64,000 bases of DNA from Cetorhinus maximus (taxonomy: Eukaryota): assembly GCF_964194155.1 (NCBI RefSeq), contig NC_135901.1, forward strand, positions 26,970,001-27,034,000, written 5' to 3'. The position numbers and the translations under genes are program-made. A model generated the notes under the pieces. That model was not told the origin of the DNA and did no database searches. It saw only the letters and a program-made list of their open reading frames with translations. Shown here piece after piece: positions 12,050-25,437 of the stretch (position 1 is its first letter; every line of letters begins with the position of its first letter).

Positions 12050-12900
12050 AAATCCAGTCTGGAGCAACTGCACTGCTGAGATTTGGCACAAATTTCCGAT
12101 AAAATCCACTCATGCGAGGAAATCTCAAAACTTCCCATTTTGCTGTAGGCACTGGGAATTCCACAACAGCTTTTCCTTTTGCACCTCGTGGGGCCACTTG
12201 ACCGTGTCCAACAGTGTGAGCTAAATACGTGACTTGCACGTTCAAAAGTTCACTTTTAGCCAAATTCGCGACAAAATTGGCTTCCAGTCGATCAAACAGT
12301 TCCTTTAAGTGTTGTAAATGTTCCTTAGCACGTTTGACTGAACACTATTTAGTCATCAAAATAAACAGCACGATTGTCACAGTCACTTTGTTTGTTGGTC
12401 TCTGAAATGTTGCTGGTGCATTTTTGATACCAAAAGGCATTGCTTTGCATTGGTGCAAAACATCCGGTGTCACGAAAGCTGATATCTCTTTTGCCCTCTC
12501 TGATAAGGGTACTTACCAATATCCTAGCAGCAGGTCAATTTTTGTGATAAATGTTGACTGTCCCAATTTCTCGATACAATATTCCAAACATGGAATAGGA
12601 TATAGGTCAGCTTTCGGTACTACATTCACTTTTCTCAATCATCAATACATCGTCTTTGTGGTCCATCCGGTTTTGGCACCATGACAATAGGTGAGCTCCA
12701 ATTATTGTAACTGGGCTCAATAATGTCAATTTGAAGCATGAGTTCAATTTCTTTTCACACTTGAGCTAATTTTACTGGATTTTTTACTGGATTTAATCTC
12801 TATGGGTGTTGCCTTTTGAATCTGAATTCCCCACATCAACATCATGTACAGCTAAATTTGTTTTCCCCAGTTTATTTCCACAAATTGCTTTGTGTGATTG
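12050..12900 (-). pseudogene. Gypsy reverse transcriptase remnant; RNase H and most of the 3' LTR deleted
   Basis: YPIPCLEYCIEKLGQSTFITKIDLL.GYW, MPFG.KNAPATFQR, VTYLAHTVG and FYRKFVPN motifs, interrupted by stops and frameshifts. Confidence 0.85.
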
Positions 12901-13099
12901 CAATAGCTCTTTTAAATCACTCCGACACTTTTCTGGAAGGTAATCCAATATTCCAGCTAAATTCTTAAGCACGCCATCATTGTCCAGTTTAATCAAAGGA
13001 AGATCAATTTTAGAATCCTTAATTCCTACATCTGTTTCTTTACTTATAACTACCAATACCTCCTCCTGTCTATTCTCTCTGTCAAAGTATTTTTTGAGC

Positions 13100-14110
13100 G
13101 TATTTACATGGCTCAGTCGCTGACTCTTCCTTCTATAAGGGGATTACGATGTTTACCTCACTCAGTTTCTTTTTGACCTGGTGAGGTCCACTAAACTTTG
13201 CCTTCAATGATACTGGCAACAATATTAACACTTTTCCCCCAGCCACAAAATTACAAGCTTTTGCCCTCTTATCTGCATTTGCCTCCATCACTTGTTGATA
13301 TATCTTTAAAATGTTTCCGAGCTAGCTCACATGCCTTACTTAATCTCACTCTGAATTTCACCAAATAATCTAGAAGAATAGTTTCAGAACTTAAATTTAC
13401 TAATTTCTCCTGAATTAGTTGGAGTGGTCCCCTCACTTCATGACCATAAATTAACTCGAAAGGACTGAACACTGTTGACTCATTAGGAGCGTCCCTAATA
13501 GCAGACAACAAGAATGGAACCCCTCGATCCCAATCATGTGGAAAGTCTTGACTGTATGCGCTAATCATAGTCTTTAAAGTCTGATGCCACCTTTCTAAGG
13601 CACCTTGTGATTCAGGGTGATAGGCTGACGACGTAAATTGCTTTATTCCTGGGCTGCTCATTCTTTCTTTAAACAGCTGTGACATGAAATTCGAACCCTG
13701 ATCCGATTGCATTTCTGTTGATAATCCATATGTTGTAAAAAAAATTCTTAACTCCTCTACCATCACCTTTGCTCTAATTTTCCTTAAAGATATTGCTTCT
13801 GGAAATCTCCTGGACACATTCATGATTTGTCAGTCAGTACTGATTCCCACTTTTAGTCTTAGGGAGTAGTCCTGCACAATCAATCAGAACCCTGTTAAAG
13901 GGTTCCTCAAATGCTGGAATTGGAATTAAAGGTGCAGGCTTAATTATTGCCTGAGGTTTTCCTATCACTTGACATGTGTGACATGCTTGGCAGAATTTGA
14001 CTACATCTTTATGTAGTCCAGGCCACTAGAAATGTTTTTGTTTCTTAGCTCGAGTTTTCCTAATCCCCAAATGTCCAGCCATTGGAATTTTATGAGCCAC
14101 TCTCACAATC
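13100..14110 (-). pseudogene. Gypsy integrase remnant (HHCC and catalytic core)
   Basis: GHLGIRKT...WPGLHKDVVKFCQACHTCQ, then ORF 13269-13823 with SDQGSNF and ERWHQTLK. Confidence 0.85.
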
Positions 14111-15247
14111 TGGTACCCAGATGGTATCACTATTTGGTGCACTATCGCCCACTTTTCATTTGCCTAAACCTGAGGCAGTCTCCATTTCCTCATTAACACA
14201 TTGTTCGGAATGTAATAACACTCTGGAGTGTATTCTGCTCCTGTTTCAGAATAAGCTGGCATAATTGCTTCAAGTCTGGATCCTGCTGCTGTAACCCCAC
14301 TAACTTCATTGAATTAAACAACTCAGCCTCAACCTCTCTAATCTTTTTTTCCTGCTTAATCCTTTCAAAGATTGATCCAGCCAACTGAAATTCAGCATCC
14401 TCCCCGTGTCTTTTAGATTCTTCCTCCCCCTGTTTAACTTGTGTGTTTGTGACCTCGTCACCACACAATCTGGAAACAATCCAGGATGCTCTTTCTGTAA
14501 AACCTCTGTAGGTTGTGTCTCAGCGGGCTGCTCTACTACAGTAGGCATAGTCAATAACTATGATCCAGCTGTATCGTTCCCTAGAATAAATTGAATCCCT
14601 GCAATGGGCAATTTCTCTACCGCCCCAACAATCACTTCTCCTGTTTTCAAATCACTTTTTAAATTCACCTTATACAATGAAATATCTTTGACTCCTCCAT
14701 GAATCCCCCGGATCAAAACTCTCTCCTGCAATAACCCTTCTGGACAACAGGTGGCACTATCCCATAACATTAAGGACTGGCTAGTCCCCGTGTCTCTTTC
14801 CTTTTCTTCCCTGCACACATGGGTACACCTTTCCTTTGCATATAAAATCTCTGTACCTTGCCTTTCAGAGCTCCCTTGGGTAGGTTGTGAACATGTTGCC
14901 AATTCTCTCGCTACCACTGATTCTTCCTGCTCCACCTGTACAAAATCCACCAGTTTTTCTTGCCCCTGGATCCCAGAGCCCACAGTTCTCTTACTTCAGA
15001 ACTTTTTCTGAGTTCCTATCACTGCAATCGGTTTCCCGGTTAACCTCCACCTATATGATATTGTATGTCCAGTCTGATTGCAATGGGAGCATATCAGTTT
15101 CCTTCCTTTAATTCTATTTTCCACATTTCCATCTTTAATAGACTGGCGTCCTTCAGCTTGATCCTTATCACAAACATTTTTACCATCGCTAGGTTTTCTA
15201 AATCTCCCATGTCCTCGCTGATTTCCATATGACCCTTTTCCTACACT

Positions 15248-15805
15248 CTACTGTTTGTGTGAAATTTCATACGTATCGGCTAAAACAGCAGCTTCTCTGA
15301 TGTTTTTACTTTGTCTTTCAGCTAAATATGTCTTGGTGTTTACTGCAATGCTATTTCTAAATTCTTCCATAAACATAACCTCTCTTACATTTTCAAATGT
15401 CTTGTCTAATTTTAATGCTCTGAACCATTGATCCCAGATCATTTCTTTTTCTCTTGCAAACTCCACAAATGTCTGATGAGGTCTCTTCCTGAAAGTCCTA
15501 AACTTTAACTGGTCAGCTTCAGGGACAAGCTCATAAGCATTGAATACGGCCTTCTTTACTATCTCGTAATCTGCAGACTGTTCCTCTGATAAGCTTGCAT
15601 ACACATTCATTGCTGTGCCTGACAAAACACTCTGTAACATGATAGTCCAAGCATCACTTGGCCAACTCAATTTCATAGCAATCTTTTCCAATGAGGTGAA
15701 ATGTCTTTCAATTCCATCCTCTGTAAATTTAAGCACTAACCGAAGATTTTTAGTTAAATCAAATTCCTCATCGGACATCGGAATCACTATCTCTCCTTTC
15801 TTCAT
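15248..15805 (-). pseudogene. Gmr1-type gag capsid region (SCAN-related C-terminal domain)
   Basis: FEK-like/W...LSG.A..VYASL and DYEIVKKAVFNAYELVPE...KFR motifs typical of Gmr1-like Gag. Degenerate zinc knuckle near 15050-15090. Confidence 0.75.
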
Positions 15806-16502
15806 TTATTCTAAGCGTCACTTTAGACAATTCATACTGTCTGGCTCCTTTCTCTCTCTGTAGCTCTCTATCTCTTTCCCTACCTCTTTCCTCAATTGGT
15901 AACTTCTCTCTCTGAAGTTGAAGTTCAATCTTTCACATTTCTATCTCCCGTAATCTTTTCCTTTTCCTGCTCATCTCTTTCCCATTGAAGCTTTTTTAAA
16001 AATTCTATTTATTTTCATCTGTCTTTTTATTTTTCAAGTTTTGTCATTTCTCTTTCTTTCTAACTCGAATTGTTTTCATTTCTTTTTCTTTTCCTCTTTC
16101 TTCCAATTCAAGCTTTTGCCTTTCTCTATCTCTTTCTATATCAAGCTGCTTCTTTGGCAACTGAAGTCTTACTGCCTCTAGCTGTGACACACTAGTTTCA
16201 GGTGTCCCTTCCTCCAACTTTAAATGCAGGGTAAGTACTTTAACTGCATCAGCCTTACGAAATTCCGCTTTTATCTCTACCTGCACTTCATCTGCTAACT
16301 CTCTCAACTGAGTTTTAGTCAGAGATTTCAAATACTCCATAGTCACATTTTCCACTCCTAGAAAAGTTGTAGCAATTGCCAAAGTCATTTCGCAGTCCAG
16401 CCACTTAAAAAACCCTCAACACAAAACTCCTGAGTTCAGCCTTTTTCTCACACTCGTATCCCTTAGATTCACAAACTCCAACCCAATCAAGGAATTTTAA
16501 TA

Positions 16503-16521
16503 CTCCCGCGAAGAGCCCCCA
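16503..16521 (-). other. Primer-binding site, tRNA-Pro-like
   Basis: Minus strand tgggggctcttcgcgggag lies 4 nt after the LTR's terminal CA. It resembles the tRNA-Pro PBS TGGGGGCTCGTCCGGGAT. Confidence 0.7.
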
Positions 16522-16833
16522 TATTTGTTATGACCACAACCGATATTAACCGCTCAGCAAACCAAATCCCAAGGGGAAACTTGGCGTATGGGCAATACCA
16601 TTTTTTTTGTATTCGGAAAATGAGAAGAAAACATATTGATCACAGCAGCGATTCAAGTAACACTTTTGGGATTTTAAAAATTAAAAGTACAAGTTTTATT
16701 AATAAAAACAGAAGAAAACTTAAGCACTCAAGATTATAGTTGCACAGTTAAATTTAGTTTTACAACACATTCCCTCTAAAAGACTCCGTACTTGGTTAGA
16801 CCCACAAGGTCTAGGCAACATTCCTTTATACAT

Positions 16834-16967
16834 AAAAGCAAAATACTGCGGATGTTGGAAATCTGAAACAAAAACAGAAAACACTCTAAAAACTTAGCAG
16901 GTCGAACAGCATCTATGGAGAGAAAAAACAGTTACTGTTTCGTGTCCATATGGCTCTTCTTCAGAGC
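16834..16967 (-). mobile_element. Short Penelope-type terminal fragment inserted in the LTR, with 12-bp TSD
   Basis: tcctttatacat is duplicated at 16822-16833 and 16968-16979. The minus strand carries ctgaaga...gaaac, a hammerhead-like core. Confidence 0.65.
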
Positions 16968-17216
16968 TCCTTTATACATGTTTAGCTATAAAAATCCAGT
17001 AATATTACTCAAGGCAAACTGTTGTAGCTTTAATAAAAGCATACCACATGACCTGTATCCCCATTCCACTCTGCTGTGGAAATCCAAGCCTTCAGAACAA
17101 GACTGTTTCTTGCAGCCCAAGACTTCACACGCACACATGCTTCTTAACAGAATAACACAATACTCCCCAAAAATATATTTTTTAAAAACCTCCATTCCTC
17201 ACGTCGTGGGGACCAT

Positions 17217-18585
17217 GGAATCAGTGGTGGGCAAGATTCTAGGAACAACTATTCGGGATAGAATTGGTCGTCTCACAGAAAAAATATGGGTTGATAAGGA
17301 AGAGCTAGTGTGGATTTCTAAAGGAGAAATTGCGTTTAACTGACTCGCTGGAGGTTTTTGAAGAGGTATTAGAAAAGGTCAATGAGGGTAATGCTGTTGA
17401 TGTGGTGTACATGGACTTTCAAAAGGCACTTGATACAGTGTCACAGAACAGACTTGTGAGAAAAATTATTGCTCATGGAATAAAAGGGACAGTAGCAGCG
17501 TGGATACAAAATTGGCTGAAACATAGGAAGCAGAGAGTAAGGGTCAATGGATATTTTTCGGCCTGCAGGAAGGTTTGTAGTGGAGTTCCCCAGGGGTCGG
17601 TACTGGGACCCTTGCTTTTCCTGGTATATATTAATGATCTAGATCTTGGTGTGCAGAGGACAATTTCAAAGTTTGCGGTTGGTACGAAGCTTGGGAGTGT
17701 TGTGAACTGAGAGGAGGACGGTGTGGAACTTCAAAAGGACATAGGCAAGTTAGTGGAGTGGGCAGATAGATGGCAGATGAAGTTCAATGCAGAGAAGTGT
17801 GAGGTGATGCATTTTGGTAGGAAGAACATGGGCAGGTAACATAAAATAAGGAGTGAGATTTTGAAGGGGGTGCAGGAGCAGAAAGACTTGGGTGTATATG
17901 TGCATGGATCATTGAAGGTGGCAGGACAGGTGGAGAGAGCAGTTAGTATCCTGGGCTTTATTAATAGGGGCATTGAGTACAAGAGCAGAGAGGTTATGTT
18001 GAATTTATATAAGACACTCGTTAGACCTCAGCTGGAATATTGTGTACAGTTCTTGGCACCCTATTATAGGGAGGATGTGAACACATTGGAGAGAGTGCAG
18101 AAGAGGTTTACAAGAATGGTTCCAGGGATGAGAAACTTCAGCTATGAGGATAGATTGGAGAGGTTGGGACTGTTCTCCTTGTAGAGAAGAAGGCTGAGAG
18201 GAGATTTGATAGAGATGTTCAAAATCATGAGGGGGCTGGATAGGGTAGATAGGGAGAAGCTGTTCCTGCTCGTAAGAGGATCAACAACGAGAGGGCACAG
18301 ATTTAAAGTCATTTGCAAAAGAAGCAAATGTGACGTGAGAAAAAACTTTTTCACACGACGGAGTGGGTGGGGTCTGGAATGCACTGCCTGGAAGTGTGAT
18401 GGAGACAGGTTCAATCGAGGCATTCAAGAGGGCATTAGATGATTATTTGAACAGAAACAATGTGCAAGGATACGGAGGAAAAGCCAGGGGAATGGCACTA
18501 GATCATAAAATTCATATGGAGAGCCGATGCAGACACAATGGGCTGAATGGCCTCCTTCTGTGCTGTTAAAACTCTGTGATTCCGT
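17217..18585 (+). mobile_element. CR1 LINE, 5'-truncated RT and 3' end
   Basis: VDVVYMDFQKALD, SGVPQGSVLGPLLFLVYINDL and LYKTLVRPQLEYCVQF motifs with a few stops. Possible TSD gaccat at 17211-17216 and 18586-18591. Confidence 0.9.
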
Positions 18586-19035
18586 GACCATTGGAGATTT
18601 CTTCCTGTCGCTTAAATCTGGTCAAACTTCTTTTCCCCTCACACGAACTGAAGTGAGCTGTAGCCAACACAAGATAAAATCTGTAACTACCTTCTGTGAG
18701 AAACAATCAGATAAATTAACAAAAGAACCTTCTAACCTGTACAGCCCATATCCATGGCAAAGTGGCACGCTTTGGGAAGTTCCAAACAGAAATGCAAACT
18801 AAATAGCTTTTACTTTTAAAACACCCTATAATATTATGATCCATATGAAATATGAACCAATATATTTACAACAAAGTTCAAGGAGCATCAGCCACTGGAA
18901 GCAAAGTCGTGAGACCGGCCAGTCCAGCAGAAAGAAACCCTCCGACCCTCCCACTTCACCAACTGTCAAAATGAACAGAGTTCAGGCCTGGATGTGATTC
19001 ACAGCAGCAATAACAGCAGAATCCAAACCCTGCAA

Positions 19036-20046
19036 TCATTTGTGCACTTGCTGGTGTCTCAGCAAGTGGGGCAAATGAGTGAATCCCTTCCCACACTCAG
19101 AGCAGCTGAACGGCCTCTCCCTGGTGTGAGTTTGCTGATGTGACTGCAGGTGTGATGAAGTTTTGAATCTCTTCCCACACTTCGGGCAGGCGAAAGGCCT
19201 CTCCCCAGTGTGAGCTCGCTGATGTTTCAGAAGGCTGGATGAATCTTTGAATCTCTTCCCACACTCAGAGCAGGTGAATGGCCTCTCCCCACTGTGAACC
19301 CGCTGGTGTTGCAGAAGATTTGATGAGTGTTTTAATCGCTTTCCACACACGGAGCAGATGAATGGCCTCTCCCCAGTGTGAACTCGCTGGTGTGATATTA
19401 GGTGGGATAACCGACTGAATTTTTTCTCACACTCAGAGCAGGTGAACGGCCTCTCCCCAGTGTGAACTCGCTGGTGTATCCGCAGATTGGGTAACCCAGT
19501 GAATCCCTTCCCACACGCAGGGCAGGTGAACGGCCTCTCCCCAGTGTGAACTCGCTGGTGTGTCCGCAGGTTGGGTAACCAAATGAATCCCTTCCCACAC
19601 TCAGGGCAGGTGAATGGCCTCTCCCCAGTATGAACTCGCTGGTGTGTCCGCAGGTTGGGTAACCCAGTGAATCCCTTCCCACACTCAGGGCAGGTGAACG
19701 GCCTCTCCCCGGTGTGAACTCGCTGGTGTATCAACAGGTTGGAAGACCGAGTGAATCTCTTCCCACACTCAGAGCAAATGAATGGCATCTCCCTGGTGTG
19801 AACTCGTTGGTGTGTCCGCAGGTTGGATAACCAAATGAAACTCTTCCCACACTCAGCACAGGAGAATGGCCTCTCCCCGGTGTGAACTCGTTGGTGTATC
19901 TGCAGGCTGGATGACTGAGTGAATCCCTTCCCACAGTCAGGGCAGGTGAAAGGCCTCTCCCCGGTGTGACTGCGCCGATGAGTTTCCAGCTCAGATGGGA
20001 ACCGGAATCCTTTCCCACAGTCCCCACATTTCCACGGTTTCTCCAT
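19036..20046 (-). CDS. C2H2 zinc-finger protein, 12 fingers (G3)
   Basis: 336-aa tandem finger ORF. Recent internal finger duplications ([14 protein letters not shown] alternate). The family 3' UTR is at ~18885-19035. Confidence 0.9.
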   Translation of the reverse strand: MEKPWKCGDCGKGFRFPSELETHRRSHTGERPFTCPDCGKGFTQSSSLQIHQRVHTGERPFSCAECGKSFIWLSNLRTHQRVHTREMPFICSECGKRFTRSSNLLIHQRVHTGERPFTCPECGKGFTGLPNLRTHQRVHTGERPFTCPECGKGFIWLPNLRTHQRVHTGERPFTCPACGKGFTGLPNLRIHQRVHTGERPFTCSECEKKFSRLSHLISHQRVHTGERPFICSVCGKRLKHSSNLLQHQRVHSGERPFTCSECGKRFKDSSSLLKHQRAHTGERPFACPKCGKRFKTSSHLQSHQQTHTRERPFSCSECGKGFTHLPHLLRHQQVHK

Positions 20047-21439
20047 GATCTAGGTTTGATGATCAGTTGAAGCCTTGTCCAGACACACACACAACACGTG
20101 TACAGTCTCTCCCCGCTGTGAATGGTGTGATGTGTTTTTCAGGCTGTGTAACTGGTTACAGTTCTTTCCACAGTCAGTGCACTGGAAACACTCTCACTCG
20201 GGTGTGTGTGTCTCGGTGCTTTTCCAGTCCCCCTGATGTTTAAAGCCTTTCAAAGCAGACAAACTTTTCTCTTTCTAGATACAAAAGTCAATGATATTTA
20301 GGTCCTGATGAATCGAGTGACTCTGTCAGACTCTGGCCTGACATTTGGTTTGAGATTTCTGTCTGCAAATTCTCCGCTTCCAATTTCCTGTAAAAGGAGT
20401 TTACAAAAGTCATCACTGTCAGTACAGGATAGAAATTCAGAACAGACAATTCTAGCTTCTACGGAACATTCTTTCCTCTCCTTTGGGCTGCCCAATGAAT
20501 GGAAAGACGTCTGTATCGCTGGACTTAAAATGGTTGTAATTTACAGGACTGTTTCACTGGGTTAAGATGCAGGCAATGCAAGGAAGAACCTTAGTTAGGT
20601 AGCGAATGGTCATGACCTGGAACTCGCTCCCTACGAGGGTGGTGGAAGGGGAGAATTTCAAAATGAAATTGGATGGGCACTTGAAGGAAATAAACTTGCA
20701 GGGAAATGGGGATATCGAGGGGGAATGGGACTGACTGGATCGTTCTACAGAGTCGGCATGGACTCAAATTGCCAAATGGACTCCTTCAGTGCCATAATGA
20801 CCGTATGACTGGAAATATATAACCTAGCTACAGCACTATATTACAAGACTAAAAATAATAATAAATGTGCTTTATTGCGAACCATAAATATCTCTAATAT
20901 GTACCATACAATAACACTAGACATATCTCTGTTGTGACGAACTCCATGGAGATTGATCACCTTAAATCCCCAGACAACCCCAACAGAATAAACCAAACGA
21001 CAAGGTTTCACTTGTTTAAAACTTTTACTGTAACAATCAAACTAAAATCAACATAAAAGAAGCATAAAATAAGAGACAAATAGTATTTGAATGGATAGGA
21101 TAAATTTGACTTTAAATCGCTCGTACAATAAAAACAGGCTCCACAAAGTCACAAGCATTTCCCCCCTCAGCATATATGGCACTAATTCCAGTTACAGAGT
21201 CCCACACCTCTCTGTATTTTCCAGGGGAAACAGATGTTGGACACAGGAGGGAATTTTAGTCCATGTGAAACTAAAAATAAAAGGTGTGCTGTTTAAAATC
21301 AAACTGCATTGACTAGGAAGAAAATGAAGGGAAGACATTTTGCAAAGTCCCCTCCCCTCCCCCACTCCCACAGCTGGCAGCCCAGCACACAGGCACAGAA
21401 AGCGCTGCTGAGCCGAGCTGTCCAGAGCAGGAGCAATGA

Positions 21440-22030
21440 CATTTGGATTTCGGACTGTTGTCTGCAATTCATCCTCTTCTAATATCCTATGAATGGATTG
21501 ACAAAAGTGATCACTGTCGGCAGACAATTCTATGGAATATATGGAATGTTCATTCCTCTCTCATTCCCCAAGAGCTGTAAATCTCCGTTCACACACTCTC
21601 ACTCCATTCTCACTCTGCTGTACCTAATAGACATCCTCCCAATTCTCCTGAAGGTACCCATTCATGCTGATCAACAGATCTACACTCATCGCTTCTTATC
21701 AACAAACTTGAGAATCTTAATATAAATATATTTACTGACGTTGGTGGAAGCAAAAATGATCAATCATTTCAAATTGAAACTGGATGGGCACTTGAAGAAA
21801 ATAAACTTGCAGTGTTGGAGTATATAGAGGGGGAATGTGAATGACTGGATTGCTGAACAGAGAGTCAGCATGGACTCGAGATGCCGAATGGATGTGCCAA
21901 AATGTCTGGCTATGACTGGAAATATATAACGTAGCTACAGTTACAGGACTAGAAGTAACAATAAATTTACATTATTACAGAACATTAAATAAATAAATAA
22001 TATATTTAATAGGTGCCATAAAACAAAACT
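21440..22030 (-). repeat. Second, more decayed copy of the ZNF intron and acceptor region
   Basis: Repeats 20340-20930 (ttctaatatcct...aaaagt.atcactgtc...gactggaaatatataac.tagctacag). The two copies are separated by an unidentified insertion at ~20934-21430. Confidence 0.55.
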
Positions 22031-24090
22031 AGACATATCTTTATCCTATATTAATTTACTGCCCCCTTAAATGTCAGCCATCCCATGGGGAAACCACCCC
22101 TTTAATTGTGAACATTAGGAAAGAGACCATCCTTTTAGCCAGACAAATAAATGTGTCAAGCTGAGGGAGCAAAGGATGTCAGTGTTGGGACCACAACTTT
22201 TCACTTTATACATTAATGATCTAGATGAAGGAACTGAGGGCATTCTGGCTAAGTTTGCAGATGATACAAAGATAGGTGGAGGTACAGGTAGTATTGAGGA
22301 GGCGGGGAGGCTGCAGAAGGATTTGGACAGGTTAGGAGAATGGGCTAAGAAGTGGCAGATGGAATACAACGTGGGGAAGTGTGAGGTCATGCACTCTGGT
22401 AGGAAGAATAGAGGCATAGACTATTTTCTAAATGGGGAGAGAATTCAGAAATCTGGAGTGCAAAGGGACTTGGGAGTCCTAGGACAGGATTCTCTTCAGG
22501 TTAACTTGCAGGTTGAGTCGGTAGTTAGGAAGGCAAATGCAATGTTGGCATTTATTTCGAGAGGACTAGAATATAAAAGCAGGGATGTGCTGCTGAGGCT
22601 TTATAAGGCTCTGGTCAGACCACATTTAGAATATTGTGAGCAATTTTGGGCCTCGTATTTCAGGAAGGATGTTCTGGCCCTGGAGAAGGTCCAGAAGAGG
22701 TTTACGAGAACCATCCCAGGAATGAAAGGCTTAACATATGAGGAACGTTTGAGGACTCTGGGTCTATACTCGTTGGAGTTTAGAAGGATGAGGGGGGATC
22801 TGATTGAAACTTACAGAATATTGAGAGGCCTGGATCGAGTGGACGTGGGGAAGATGTTTCCATTAGTAGGAGAGACTAGGGCTCGAGGGCACAGCCTCAG
22901 AGTAAAGGGAAGACCTTTTAGAACAGAGATGAGGAGAAACTTCTTTAGCCAGAGAGTGGTGAATCTATGGAATTCATTGCCACAGAAGGCTGTGGAGGCC
23001 AGGTCATTGAGTGTATTTAAGACTGAGACAGAAAGGTTCTTGATTGGTCAGGGGATCAAAGGTTACGGGGAGAAGGCGGGAGAATGGGGTTGAGAAACTT
23101 ATCAGCCATGATTGAATGGCGGACCAGACTCGATGGGCCGAATGGCCTAATTCTGTACCTATGTCTTATGGTCTTATTATGGTCTTATGTCAATGTCTTT
23201 AAGAGAGAGAGAGAGAGAGACCTGGGCCAACCTTTCCAGAGTCTGCACCCTCCCTGGATTCACTTCCTTTCCCTTCAGTTCCTGCAAGTCAACAATTTCC
23301 CCCCAGAATGAGAAAAGAAATGGAAAGGGGGAGAAAAGAAAGTGTTTTACTCACAGTTGTTGGACACAGGAGGAAGTTTTAATCTGTGTGAAGCTCAATC
23401 ATCATTCACACAAAGCCCGCGCTCTGATTGGCTGGAGGACCGGTGTCCTTCCGGTCCTCCAACTCTTCCTATTGGTCAATCCCTCAGTATGACGGGTGGG
23501 GGCGGGCTCTCCCCGGCACATGCGCAGCTTCCTCTCTCCCGAGTTCTCCGAGCGGCTTCTCGCTCGGGCCGGAGCCGTCAACCGATCAACCTTGGCTCGA
23601 GAAGGTGGAGGGGGAGGGGGAACAATGGGTGGGGGCGGGGCTCCCGTGTCCGCGCGCCTGGCCTGCAAAATGGAGCCCCAGGACGTCACCGCGCAGCAGA
23701 GTGATTCCTATTGGCTGGTTCGGGAAGGGTTCCATTGTGGACGTCACAATGCGGAAGTTGGACAATGAGCTTCAGACTAAAACTTCCTCCTCTGGGCAAC
23801 GTCTGTGAGGAAATCAATGTTTCCCCTTTTCCATTTCTTTTCTCATTCTGGGGGCAAATTGTTGACTTGCAGGAACTGAAGGGAAAGGAAGTGAATCCAG
23901 GGAGGGTGCAGACTCTGGAAAGGTTGGCCCAGGTCTCTCTCTCTCCTAAAGACATTGATATCCTTTGCTCCCTCAGCTTTGTTTATTAGATTTATTTATT
24001 TGTCTGGCTAAAAGGATGGTCTCTTTCTTAATGTTCGCAATTAAAGGGGTGGTTTCCCCAGGAGATGGCTGACATTTAAGGAGACAATTT
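22030..24090. promoter_or_regulatory. Bidirectional promoter cassette 2; left arm interrupted by a CR1
   Basis: Same arms and core (core ~23410-23770) as the other cassettes. Lies between divergent G3 and G4. Confidence 0.85.
22182..23186 (+). mobile_element. Young 5'-truncated CR1 LINE with 6-bp TSD
   Basis: Uninterrupted 305-aa RT C-terminal ORF (FADD) and cttatggt-type tail repeats. atgtca at 22176-22181 and 23187-23192 reconstitutes the intact arm seen at 36161. Confidence 0.92.
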
Positions 24091-25437
24091 CAGGGTGTTT
24101 AACTGTCCTGTATTTTAAGAGATTGCTCCTTATTTTGCCTTTTGTCCTGTATTTCTAGGACAGCTTGTGGGAAACTGATCCCGGGAATCTCCAGGGTGAG
24201 TTTGAGTGATTCAAGTGGGACTGCAAGTGAGTGATTCGGCCAGCAGAGAGATGATGATGATGTGACTAAACAAGATAAGTTGTAAGTTTTAGTTTATTTT
24301 AAACCCCACCCCTCCCACTATTATTGTCTCTAGACACCTCCTCCCCATCCCCTCTCATATTGAAACCCAAACCCCCATCCAACCTGCTCTCACGGTCACC
24401 AGCATCCCACCACCACCCACTCCCCCATCCATGTCTCCAACCCCACAGCTGAAGTGTCCGTTATTTTATTTTGTAAGACTTCTGCCCCCTCGGCAATATA
24501 GTAATAGAGGACAAAGGTATGTCTAATGTTGTCATGGGTGACACTTTAGATATATTATTTATAGTTCTGTAATTAAATTCATTTATTATTCTTTCTAGTC
24601 TTGGAAGCGAGTACTGCAGATACTTAATATATTTCCAGTGATAGTCATTATGATAACTTGACTCCAGACTGACTCTCTGTAGAGTGACTCAGGCAGTCCC
24701 ATTCCCCCTTCTATATCCCCGTTCATTTCCTTCAAGTGTCAATTCAATTTCATTTTGAAATTATTGATCGTTTCTGGAACCACCACCCTCATAGGCTGTG
24801 GCTTCCAGGACATCACCACTGGCTGTTGAAATAAAGTTCTTCCCCACAGCATCATGTGTCTCTCTAATCATGTAATAGAGTCCTGTGTATTACACATATT
24901 TTTAGTGCAGTACTATTGGGTGTATATGAGGTACAGCAGGGTGAGAATGGAGTGAGAGTGTGTGGGATGGAGATTTACAGCTTTTGTAGAGCGAGAGAGG
25001 AAAGAATGTTCCATAGAAATGAGAATTGTCTGTTCTGAATTTCTAACCTGTACTGACAGTGATGAATTTTGTAAACTCCTTTAACAGGATATTCGAAGGG
25101 GAGGCCAGAAATCTCAAACTAAACTTCACATCAAGATCTGACAGAGTCACCCCATTCATCGGGAGCTGAATATGATCGGCTTTTGAATCTGGAAGGAGAA
25201 ATGTTTGTCTGTTCTGTCTGCTTGCAAAGGTTTCCAACATCAGTGTGACTGGAAAAGCACCAAGTCACACTCGAATGACAGTGTTCCAGTGCACTGACTC
25301 TGGAAAGAGCTTTAACCAGTTACACAGCCTGAAAAAACATCACCATTCACAGTGGGGAGAGGCCATACATGTGTTGTCTGTGTGGACGAGGCTTCAACTG
25401 ATCGTCAAACCTGGAGAGACACAAGGACACTCACACC

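Larger units (their letters stand above)
11964..17203 (-). mobile_element. Gmr1-like Ty3/Gypsy LTR retrotransposon, degenerate, order gag-PR-INT-RT
   Basis: Matching LTR ends at 11964 (tgtcatgaccaca...aaaccaaatccca) and 16526 (tgttatgaccaca...aaaccaaatccca). Gag spans 16388-15000 and the protease motif is RDTG. Integrase (QSDQGSNF, YHPESQGALERWHQTLK) at ~13100-14100 lies upstream of RT (MPFGIKNAPATFQR) at ~12050-12900. Confidence 0.85.

Noticed and set aside
22176-23093. 305-aa ATG-initiated RT ORF as a domesticated gene
   Set aside because: The ATG comes from the target-site duplication. It is a 5'-truncated young CR1, antisense to G3's transcript.
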